Origin: Octopus sinensis
Taxonomy: Eukaryota
NCBI RefSeq assembly: GCF_006345805.1
Contig: NW_021831998.1
Span: 1 to 62,087, forward strand
Length of the DNA stretch: 62,087 nucleotides
Reading direction: 5' to 3'
The notes beneath the pieces were generated by a model. That model searched no databases. It saw only the letters and a list, made by a program, of their open reading frames with translations, and was not told where the DNA came from. Of this stretch, positions 50,510 through 62,087 are shown piece after piece; positions within the stretch are counted from its first letter, which is position 1; each line of letters begins with the position of its first letter. The position numbers were made by a program, and so were the translations under genes.

Positions 50510-51689
50510 ATCAACTTAATTATGATAATTCTTTTGTTAATTTATTTTTATTTCTAATGTTTTTCGTCTTAAATTAGTCTTCTCTTAAAAATCCATTCAC
50601 ACATTTGAAGATTTATAAGATTTTTAAATTTACCCTTGTACCAATGAAACACTTGGTTATTATTTTATCGACCTTTGAAGAATGAAACATTAAGTTAACC
50701 TGGACATTATTTAATCTCAAAACGTAACGGGTCTAAACTAAATACTACAAACAGTTAAACCGAATCTTCAACACATTTTATCCATCATCTAAATAATATA
50801 GCAAATAAAAGACTTGCGCTTGGCTGATTTCTTTTGAGAAATGATAGGATTTGCAATTCAAACGAAACAAAAAATTGCATTAAAGGTGTGTGAGAGTGGC
50901 GCCAGACGTGGCATGCAGACCATCATATAACTTGATTGATATTTGCATTGCGTTTTTATTCTACTCATCTGTTCTTCAAATTCAATGTGCACATACGCAT
51001 CTTTTTTCCGGCTCCGACTCAAAACTGTTTATAGATCATAACCATCTCACCAACTACATTCGTGAGGAGCACTTCACCCTCCGATGGTGTGAAATAAAAG
51101 CTGATGAAGGTAATACCGAAAACTTTTCTGAGGAATATGGTAAACAATTTATAGGAATCAATGTCTGTTCATTCGAACGTAGGGAAGCACCAAAAATTCT
51201 AGACACCATGATTGTTAATTTGAGTTTAGCTCTGGTCTCTCATAAACTATTTAAGCTGACTGATCTAAACTATCTTTATCAAGGATTACAAAACCAAATT
51301 GAAGTTTTGCGTTTCAGCACCTTCTTGGCATATAACGTCGGTACAGGTTAAACAAAAATCCGAAATCAGTAACAGGAAAAACGTAATTCACTAGCGGTTC
51401 GTTTACAAATACAACAGCTCCGTGAGATCTTTTTGATTACTGGAGGGTTATACATAGCAGTGAAAAAAAATTGCAATACTGCAATTTAGTTTTCATTGGT
51501 TAAGTTTCAGATTTTTTTTTTCTTTTTTCATAGTTTAGTGAAGAGGGGAGATGGCGGTGGATATGGCGTTTGTAAGTTTTTATGGATTGGTGTGATCGAT
51601 ACGGTTAATCATTAGTTTGAAGATTTGTGTGTTGATATCTGTTGGGAAAATGGAATCAAGGATTGAATTTCAGTGGCGACCCAATCCAG

Positions 51690-53450
51690 GCGGATTTAGT
51701 TTTAAAAAAGCTCTAAGCACAGGCAGATATTTTATATAAATAATAATTTGAGTTTTAATTTAATAAATCAAATTTAAAGTCAACTTCTGAATGTGATTGA
51801 AAAACCAAATAAATAAAAAGTTAGCTATGAAAATACAAACTACACAAAAGTGATTCTCTTTTCGGTGTTTTGTCGGAAAACGAAAGAGGACGTCTTCAAA
51901 ATTCAGGTTTTCATCGCATCATCTATTCATAATAATTGGGCTAAATTATCCGGTTTATTGTCTACCAGGGAATTCTTCAGATAAGACTTGATTATCCATA
52001 GCTTCAGAAAGTATTCAAGTATTCATTCATAGCCTACCGTGTGCTTACAGGCAGTGTTACATCTTCTTGCTGCAGTTCGATCTGTTCGAACGAGAAATCC
52101 GTATAGAGATTCAAAATCTCAAGTAAATCGGTTAATGAGATCAAAAGGTGTCACTTCCACCCGATGAGTCGCTTTGCATAGTGGAATTCTGACTTCAGGG
52201 TGACCAAGTTCAGTTGAAATGTATATGCTATGGCTTTGAGACAAACAGCGTTCAGAAACTCGGAATTTAGTAATTAAGAATATGAGCGGCTCTCATTCTG
52301 CCACCATTTTATGCCGAAAATCGGTGTCAGAGCTCTAAGAAAATCTGGTTCAATATGACGGTCTCACGGAGAAAATTGATGAAAGGTCCTCTATTAATTT
52401 CCACCCGGTTTCCAACGCTCTCCCTGGCCGCCGAGATCTCCAAATGCTATGGAAGTTTAGGTTTCTCTGATCAGGTACTTAATCGATGACAAAACTTTCG
52501 TTTCGTTTGACATCAAGATGTTTAATGCAAATGGATATCGGTTTCGTTGCTGTAGTCACAGCAGTGAAGATTTTTCATATCTTTACAAAAGATATGATTC
52601 GTATTAAAACTTGTTTAGAGAAGACGAAGGCGCAATATTTCATAAACAAACGTAATAGAAGTACTTGTCTTTAATTTGCTCTCCCATGACTTGATAACCT
52701 TACTGAAATAAAGGAGAAATGTCCATAATAAATGAAAGCTCATAGTGGACAGCATAACACGATCCTGCTGTCAGACCCATAGTGTATTGGACAAGATTTT
52801 CGGCTCTGCTGGTTATCTTCGTTTTTCATCTTGTAAGTACTTGTACTGATGCACTATGAATCGATCCACAACAGGTAAAGTTGCTGCTGTATGACGAAAA
52901 TTCCCCGATAGCCTTTACATTTTTGTTAAGAGTTATCCACAGCTAGATTCAATTGGTTCAAATACGCGGTGCAGAACGTCTAAGAACGGTTCTGTTTTCG
53001 AAATGACCTTTGTTTCATTCAAACTTAATGTAAAGTTTAAGACTTAGTCAAGTCTTAAGCGAGTAATTCTTTGATTACTGGTTCCATGATTTAAAGAATA
53101 ATCATTGCGAGTACAATGATATAAGTATTTTGCTTTTCGTGGTCTCATTATTGTCCCCTTCTTGTCAAACGACCGTGAATAGCATCACAAGTTTCTTTCC
53201 CAAATGTTTGATATTCCCACCATACACAACCGGCTGAGATATAGATTTGGTACATTTTACCCCAATGCATACTTCCGTTTGAGAAAACTTGTTTTAATGA
53301 GTGCTTGCTATTACTATTTTGGGCTTTTTCCTAGAAAATATGGACAACAAAAGGAATATACTCTATTTTGTTGTATGCTGTACTCATTGATGTAATTTAA
53401 AAAGCCCTGGATTGGAACTGCGGCAACTTGGGTCAAACATTATTTATTTT
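51690..53450 (-). mobile_element. Highly degraded hAT (ZMYM/Tip100-like) transposon remnant
   Basis: Minus-strand traces EYSIQQNRVYSFCCPYF (TTF-type zinc finger-like, ~53330-53390) and TLPVST (hAT dimerisation-like, ~52040-52060). Confidence 0.5.
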
Positions 53451-54376
53451 TTGAATTCTGGTTGAAAAAGATTTATTGATTTGTTTGTGGCTAATGTTTT
53501 TAAGATGAAACTGCCGCTCACAAAGGCGCCTTTTCAAATGAAATATTTCCTTATCCTCAAGTCCGCTAGTCCTCCTGTATTTATCACAATACGATCACCT
53601 TTATTTCATCTTGCACCTTATTGAATCAGAATCCTATGAGAATATAACTGTATCATAATGTTCTAATTCTTCAAAAGCTGACTCTTTAAGGTCCTTTGGC
53701 TCTGAAGAATATTCATTATCTTTGGTTACTTCAGCAAGGTTCCTTCTTATGAATTAACGTATATCCATATATTGTACTGGGTCTACAATAAAGAATTAAC
53801 AGCTTGTATGTAAATATTGTTGTTATATAAAATAATGACCAAGACGTTTGCCATTTCAGCACCTTGAAACATAAATTCTCTAACGTTGTTGTATCAACAC
53901 TAAAGAGAAACGAGCAGTATCATCTCATTATCATTATTAAATGAATTATTATTCTTTTCATTTCAAACATTTGGTATCTAAACCTTCCGACAGTTATTTG
54001 AATAAAGCTGCTTGTCTTGCAATTCCTCTACCAGCATGGTTTGTCCTTAGCCAATGATATAAAAATACAAGACACCTTTTACATATTGATATTTTTATCA
54101 TTATGTGTTTGGCAAAGAAGTGACGCTTTGGAACTATACGAGAGACGGGAAAAGGAAATTACTTAAGGATTCTATTTTCAATGACTGTTTGGAAACTACA
54201 CAAGTAATTCATTATTTTTAGCTCCTTGCCGAAAATGTCACACTTAAGAGATACTGGAAATATTCTGTTCTTTTAAATAAAAACTACATAGTCTTCACGA
54301 AACTTATCTTTAGGAAGTTTCTTCCACTGTTTTGATAAAGTTGTTAACATTTTTCACATACATACACACTCATACC

Positions 54377-54469
<93 letters not shown>

Positions 54470-54470
<1 letters not shown>

Positions 54471-55002
54471 GGTGAGAAAGTTGGTGTTTGAAAGCACGTG
54501 GTTGAATATATAAAAATAGTAAAAAGTGAAAAAACTACAGAAGGCTTGTTTTAAAAGGTTAAAAATATATATTTGAGTCAATATGTCTGAAGAATGTTAT
54601 AAATTTTTGAAGAAATGACCGGTTTCGCGTTCAGCTTTTCAAATTTCTTACATCGTTATGTTTACGTTGAGAAGAGTTCCAGATAAGGGGAGGTAATAAG
54701 TGATTTCTTCCGGTGTAAGGGAGATAATCGCTTAAATTTCTTGCCTTTCTTTTGGAGTGAATTTCTCTGTATAAGTATGTTGGAATGGTTAAGTTTGGGC
54801 TTGTATTTTTCAATGAAGAATGTTTCCTTGTTTAGTCAAATTTGTGTAAGAAATTTGAAAAGCTGAACGCGAAACCGGTCATTTCTTCAAAAACTATGTC
54901 ATTGTATGAAAAAAATTTATAACATTCTTCAGACATATTGACTCAAATATATATTTTTTAACCTTTTAAACAAGCTTCTGTAGTTTTTTTCACTTTTTAC
55001 TA

Positions 55003-55005
<3 letters not shown>
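54470..55005. repeat. Inverted-repeat cassette, probably Penelope pLTR-derived, in (TA)n
   Basis: ~54512-54652 is the reverse complement of ~54845-55005; contains the hammerhead half-motif GAAACCGGTC. Confidence 0.7.
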
Positions 55006-55089
<84 letters not shown>

Positions 55090-55465
55090 GTGTGTTTGTG
55101 TGTGTGTGTGTGTGTGTGTATGTGTGTATTTATATATTATATATATACACATATATGTATATATATAGTTTCCTATTTCTCTCGTGGATATGATAACAGA
55201 CTACGAATAGTCTGCTACTATCATACTCCCGTATTTTTTCTCTCCTTCTTTCTCTTCTTTTCCTACACCTTCTTCTTCTTCTTCTTCTTCTTCTTCTCTT
55301 CTCTTCTTCTTCTTCTTCTTCTTCTGCTCTTCTTCTTCGCCGTCTCCTTCTAAAGTTACTACTGCTTAAACAATGCTGCTTAAAACTTCAGTACCAACAT
55401 CCCTCATATTAGATATTTCTTCAGACCTGCTACTACCTACCTGCCGAGCCTTCACAGAAGTAAAT

Positions 55466-55524
<59 letters not shown>

Positions 55525-55598
55525 AGAAAGAAAGAAAGAGAGAGAGACAGAATGTCACACCTATTTGAAACTATGGAAATATTTTTTAAAAACATTTC

Positions 55599-55687
<89 letters not shown>

Positions 55688-55703
55688 TACATATGTATGA
55701 ATG

Positions 55704-55754
<51 letters not shown>

Positions 55755-56479
55755 TGGTTGCCCCCTCGTTATCGAGTATGGTCATTGCGCGAAGCTTAAT
55801 CATTGTTGTTATCGTGCAATGCCTGTGCAAGAAGATTTTTTTAAGTGAGGAAAGGCTGTGCACTGAGTCAATCACACTCACTAAGCAACAGAAGCCATAA
55901 TCCGAAAAGAAAAACAAGTCAACATCATCGGTAACCACTGAGCCGCAGGTTTTATGTCGGAGTTATCCCAGTTACCTCGGTTACCTTCTCCTAGAAGGAT
56001 GCCCTAACAAAGGCTAGGAGTCCTTCACTCCCAGTGGTTTAACCGCGCGATCGGGTATTCAGTCCGATTATTTCTATGTCCCCGCGCATGATACAGCCTT
56101 AAGACATTTATTGGATGGCCGTTGACTTTCAAGAGTTCTTCCACCCTTTGACGGGTTTTGTTTTTCATCCCGCAGAATGTCCAATAAACACCCTCCTCAC
56201 CAAGCAAGCTTGGTGGGGTTACCGGTTAGTCGCCGACGACCCGACCATGCAACAAGTTGTACAGGGTTACATGTTACCAGTAGCACTCGAAAGTGACATG
56301 ACATATATATATATATATATATATTTTACTACTACCACAAGGGGCTAAACACAGAGGGGACAAACAAGGACAGACAAAGCGATTAAGTCGATGGGTGAAA
56401 TATTGCTAAGCACTTCATCCAGCGTGCTAACGATTCTGCTTGCTCGCCGTCTTCAAATAATAATGATAATTATAATTAT

Positions 56480-57280
56480 AATGCGCAGACTGAGACTGAT
56501 CCTTAAGTCGAAATTAAATGGGTGGAATAAGATTCAAGCTATCAAAACCTGGGTGGTTTCACTCCTCAGACATGGAGCAGGGGTAATTGCATGGACAGTA
56601 GACGAACTAAACAGCTTAGACAGAATGACAAGGAAGTTGCTAACTAGATATGGGATACTCCACTCAAAAGGTGACACAGAGAGACTGTATGAAACAAGAA
56701 AAAGAGAGGACTTACTGGATGCGAACACAGCATTAGATCAGAATAAAACAACATAGCATGGTATGTAAAAAATGCCACAGAAGAGCTATTGTTTGAAGTA
56801 AGAAGGTCAGGCTTGTGCAGGATGAAGGATTGCAACGATAAAAGTGATTTAAAATAGGAAACGGAGGCTCTAATCTGTGTTGCCCAAGAGCAAGCACTAA
56901 CAACAAATTACATAAAATACAGAATAGACAATACAGCAGAAAGTGATAAGTGCAGAATATGTGGACAAAACGGTGAAAAAGTATGGCATATTATCAGCCA
57001 ATGTACGCCACTAGCCCAGAAGGAATATGAGACGCACGACTATATAGTCAGGCTTCCATTGGACACTTTGCAACAAGTATGGACTTGACAGAGCAAAATA
57101 TGGGTACGACCACAAACCTGAAGGCATCGTCGAAAATGGAAATGCAAAGATCCTATGGGATTTTATGATTCAGTGCGACCAGGAGATAGAGAATAGGAAG
57201 ACAGACACAGTCTTAATTGTGAAAGAAAACAAACTATGCTGGATCATAGATATAGCATGCTCAGCTGACAACAAGGTGTG
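56480..57280 (+). mobile_element. R4/Dong-type LINE fragment, cut by the satellite
   Basis: RRLRLILKSKLNGWNKIQAI..ETEALI..QEQAL..CRICG..HIISQC..RHD..KILWDF..IIDIAC. Confidence 0.9.
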
Positions 57281-60200
57281 CGGTTTGAACCGGTTTGTCG
57301 GCACCGTATTACATCTTTGTCGGCATACTCCTTGATCTCTATCGGCACCGCCTTTGATCTCTGTCGGCACCATCTTTGATCTCTGACATTCCTGACATTC
57401 CTGACATTCTGACATTCCAGACATTCCTGACATTCCTGACTTTCCTAACATTCCAGACATTCCAGACATCCCTGACATTCCTGACATTTGAACCGGTTTG
57501 ATCAGGCTTGATCCAGTTTGAACAGTTTTGATCCGATTTCAAGCGGTTTGATCCGTTTTATCCGGTTTGAACCGGTTTAATCCGGTTTGAACCGGTTTGT
57601 CAGCACCGTATTTGATCTTTGTCGGCACACTCCTTGATCTCTATCGGCACCGTCTTTGATCTCTGTCGGCACCATCTTTGATCTCACATTCCTCACATTC
57701 CTGACATTCCTTACATTCCAGACATTCCTTACATTCCAGACATTCCTGACATTCCAGACATTCCAGACATTCCTGACATTCCTGACATTCCAAATATTCC
57801 TTACATTCCTGACATTCCTGACATTCCAGACATTCCTGACATTCCTGACATTCCTGACTTTCCTGACATTCCAGACATTCCAGACATCCCTGACATTCCT
57901 GACATTTGAACCGGTTTGATCAGGCATGATCCAGTTTGAAACGTTTTGATCCGGTTTCAACCGGTTTGATCCGGTTTTATCCGGTTTGAACCGTTTTGAT
58001 CCGGTCTGTACCGGTTTGTCGGCACCATATTTGATCTTTGTCGGCACACTCCTTGATCTCTATCGGCACCGTCTTTGATCTGTCGGCACCATCTTTGATC
58101 TCTGACATTCCTCACATTCCAAACATTCCTGACATTCCAGACATTCCTGACATTCCTTACATTCCTGACATTCCTTGCATTCCTGACATTCCTGACATTC
58201 CAGATATTCCAGACATTCCTGACATTCCAGACATTCCAGACATTCCTACATTCCAGACATTCCTGACATCCCTGACATTCCAGACATTCCTGACTTCCAG
58301 ACATTCCTGACATTTCAACAGGTTTGGATCGGTTTAATCGAGTTTGAACCGGTTTGATTCGGATTTATCCGGTTTGACCCGCATTGAACCGGTTTGAACC
58401 GGTTTGATCTGGTTTGAACGGTTTGTCGGAACCGTATTTGATCTTTGTCGGCACACTCCTTGATCTCTATCGGTACCGTTTTTGATATCAGTCGGCACTG
58501 ACTTTCATCTCTGACATTCCTCACATTCCAAACATTCCTGACATTCCAGACATTCCTGACATTCCTGACATTCCTGACATTCCTGACTTTCCTGACATTC
58601 CAGACATTCCAGACATTCCTGACATTCCAGACATTCCTGACATCCCTGACATTCCAGACATTCCTGACATTCCAGACATTCCAGACACTCCTGACATTCC
58701 TGAATTTCCTGACATTCCAGACATTCCAGACATCCCTGACATTCCTGACATTTGAACCGGTTTGATCAGGCTTGATCCAGTTTGAAACGTTTTGATCCGG
58801 TTTGAACCGGTTTGATCCGATTTGAACTGGTTTGATCCTGTTTCAACCGGTTCGATCCGGTTTGATCCGGTTTGATCCGGTTTGAACCGGTTTGTCGGCA
58901 CCGTATTTGATCTTTGTCGGCACACTCCTTGATCTCTATCGGCACCGTCTTTGATCTCTGTCGGCACCATCTTTGATCTCTGACATTCCAGACATTCCTG
59001 ACATTCCAGACATTCCTGACATTCCAAACATTCCTGACATTCCTGACATTCCTGACTCTCCTGACATTCCAGACATTCCTGACATTCCTGACATTCCAAA
59101 CTTTCCTTAGATTCCTGACATTCCTGACACTCCAGACATTCCAGACATTCCTGACATTCCTGACATTCCAGACATTCCAGACATCCCTGACATTCCTGAC
59201 ATTTGATCGGGTTTGATCAGGCTTGATCCAGTTTGAACCGTTTTGATCCGGTTTCAACCGGTTTTATCCGGTTTGAACCGGTTTGATCGGTTTTGACTGG
59301 TTTGTCGGCACCGTATTTGATCTTGTCGGCACACTCCTTGATCTCTATCGGCACTGTCTTTGATGTCTGTCGGCACCATCTTTGATCTCTGACATTCCTC
59401 ACATTCCTGACATTCCTGACATTCCAGACATTCCTGACATTCCTGACATTCCTGACATTCCTTACATTCCTGACATTCCTTATATTCCTGACATTCCTGA
59501 CATTTCAGACATTCCAGACATTCCTGACATTCCAGACATTCCTGACATTCCAGACATTCCTGACATTCCAGACATTCCTGACTTTCCTGACATTCCAGAC
59601 ATCCCTGACATACCTGACATTTGAACGGTTTGATCAGGCTTGATCCGGTTTGAACTGTTTTGATCCGTTTTCAACCGGTTTGATCCGGTGTGATCCGTTT
59701 TGATCCGGTTTGAACCGGTTTGATCCGGTTTGAACCGGTTTGTCGGCACCGTATTTGATCTTGTCGGCACACTCCTTGATCTCTATCGGCACCGTCTTTG
59801 ATCTCTTTCGGCACCATCTTTGATCTCTGACATTCCTCATATTCCTGACATTCCTGACATTCCAGACATTCCTGACATTCCTGACATTCCAGACATTCCA
59901 GACATTCCTTAAATTCCTGACATTCTTACTTTCCAGATATTCCAGACATTCCTGACATTCCAGACATTCCAGACATTCCTGACATTCCAGACATTCCTAA
60001 CATCCCTGACATTCCAGACATTCCTGACATTTCAGACATTCCTGTCATTCCAGACATTCCTGACATTACTGACATTCCTGACTTTCCTGACATTCCAGAC
60101 ATTCCAGACATCCCTGACATTCCTGACATTTGAACCGGTTTGATCAGGCTTGATCCAGTTTGAACCGTTTTGATCCGTTTTGAACCAGTTTGATCCGATT

Positions 60201-62087
60201 TGAACCGGTTTGATCCGGTTTCAACCGGTTTGATCCGATTTCATCCAGTTTCATCCGGTTTGAACCGGTTTGATCCGGTTTGAACCGGTTTGTCGGCACC
60301 GTATTTGATCTTTGTCGGCACACTCCTTGATCTCTATTGGCACCGTCTTTGATCTCTGTCGGCACCATCTTTGATCTCTGACATTCCTCACATTCCTGGC
60401 ATTCCTGACATTCCAGACATTCCTGACATTCCAGACTTCCTGACGTTCCTGACATTCCTGACATTCCTTACATTCCTGACATTCTGACATTCCAGACATT
60501 CCTGACATTCCTGACAGTCCAGACATTCCTTACATTCTAGACATTCCTGATATTTGAACCGGTTTCATCCAGTTTCATCCAGTTTGAAACGGTTTGATTC
60601 TGTTTGAACCGTTTTGATCCGGTTTGATCCGGTTTGAACCGGTTTGATCGGGTTTGAACCGGTTTTATCCAGTTTGTCCTGGATTGAACCGGTTTGAACC
60701 GGTTTGATCTGGTTTGAACCGGTTTGTCGGAACCGTATTTGATCTTTGTCGGCACACTCCTTGATCTCTATCGGTACCGTTTTTGATTTCAGTCGGCACT
60801 GTCTTTGATCTCTGACTTTCCTCACATTCCAAACATTCCTGACATTCCAGACATTCCTGACATACCTGACATTCCAGACATTCCAACATTCCTGACATTC
60901 CTGACATTCCTTACATTCCTGACATTCCTGACATTTGAACCGGTTTGATCAGGCTTGATCCAGTTTGAACGGGCTTGATCCGGTTTAAACCGGTTTGTCC
61001 GATTTTAACCGGGTTGATCCGGTTTGAAACGGTTTCATCCGGTTTGAACCGTTTTGATCCTGTTTGAACCGGTTTGTCGGCACCGTATTTGATCTTTGTC
61101 GGCACACTCCTTGATTTCTATCGGCACCTCTTTGATCTCTGTCGGCACCGTCTTTGATCTCTGACATTCCTCACATTCCTGACATTCCTGACATTCCTGA
61201 CATTCGTGACATTCCTGACATTCCTGACATTCCTTACATTCCTGACATTCCAGACATTCCAGACATTCCTGACATTCCTGACATTCCAGACATTCCTGAC
61301 ATTCCAGACATTCCAGACATTCCTGACATTCCTGACATTCCTGACATCCCTGACATTCCTTACATTTGAACCGGTTTGATCAGGCTTGATCCAGTTTGAA
61401 CCGTTTTGATCCGGTTTGAACCGGTTTGATCCGATTTGAACCGGTTTGATCCGGTTTCAACCGGTTTGATCCGATTTCATCCGGTTTCATCCGGTTGAAC
61501 CGGTTTGATCCGGTTTGAACCGGTTTGTCGGCACCGTATTTGATCTTTGTCGGCACACTCCTTGATCTCTATCGCAACCGTCTTTGATCTCTGTCGGCAC
61601 CATCTTTGATCTCTGACATTCCTCACATTCCTGGCATTCCTGACATTCCAGACATTCTTGACATTCCAGACATTCCTGACGTTCCTGACATTACTGACAT
61701 TCCTTACATTCCTGACATTCCTGACATTCCAGACATCCTGACATTCCTGACATTCCAGACATTCCTTACATTCCAGACTTTCCTGATATTTGAACCGGTT
61801 GATCAGGCTTGATCCAGTTTGAAACGGTTTGATCCCGTTTGAACCGGTTTGATCCGGTTTGAACCGATTTGATCGGGTTTGAACCGGTTTGATCTCCTTA
61901 GGGACACCTCGTTGATCTCTTTCGGCACCCTCTTTGATCTTTTTCGGCACCCTCTTTGATCTCTTTCGGCACCCTCTTTGATATTTTTCGGCCACCCTCT
62001 TTGATCTCTTTCGGTACCCTCTTTGATCTCGTTCGGGACTCCTCTTTGATCTCTTTTGGCACCATCTTCGATCTCTTTCGGCACAAG
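57281..62087. repeat. Complex higher-order satellite: blocks of 10-mer GA(A/T)CCGGTTT, 22-mer GATCTCTGTCGGCACCGTCTTT and 9-mer GACATTCC(T/A)
   Basis: About 11 ordered units of ~300-550 bp, then a pure 22-mer array from ~61900; runs off the window end. Confidence 0.97.

Noticed and set aside
50890-51351. 153-aa ORF downstream of the PAN gene
   Set aside because: GTG start, no recognisable motif or exon boundaries; more likely chance or antisense of a decayed repeat.
55750-56300. GC-richer unique-looking segment between (TA)n tracts
   Set aside because: Probably a repeat fragment, but no motif lets me assign it.
57170-62086. Repetitive ORFs (MSG)n, (QEC)n, (IPD)n, (NVR)n, superficially like reflectin or metallothionein
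   Set aside because: The frame shifts at every 10-mer and 22-mer block and no frame is preserved; no reflectin Tyr/Asp-rich motif. It is a satellite.
57281-62087. CRISPR-like look of regularly recurring 22-mers
   Set aside because: The intervening sequences are themselves tandem repeats, not unique spacers; no cas genes; eukaryotic context.

Overview
AT-rich eukaryotic DNA, very probably an Octopus (coleoid cephalopod) genome, judged from the tRNA-derived SINEs and dense (TACA)n/(TA)n/(ATT)n microsatellites; the taxon is an inference. Most of the window is layered transposon debris: mariner/Tc1, piggyBac, Chapaev3, hAT, Helitron, Penelope, RTE and R4/Dong-type LINEs, and SINEs. It ends in a complex satellite from about 57.3 kb to the window end. 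One host gene can be assembled on the + strand (about 38056-50395, 4-5 coding exons): a ~250-aa, probably secreted protein with three PAN/apple domains. The most unusual items are: (1) two diverged ~2.2-kb retroelements that encode only a gag-like ORF1, each inserted at the same site in a SINE head with its own target-site duplication, all nested in a Chapaev3 transposon; (2) a young non-coding element with two tandem type-I hammerhead ribozymes 582 nt apart (retrozyme/Penelope-like), plus other hammerhead motifs; (3) a three-part higher-order satellite whose subunits match TEAD and Grainyhead motifs. Boundaries of degraded elements are approximate and were read by eye.
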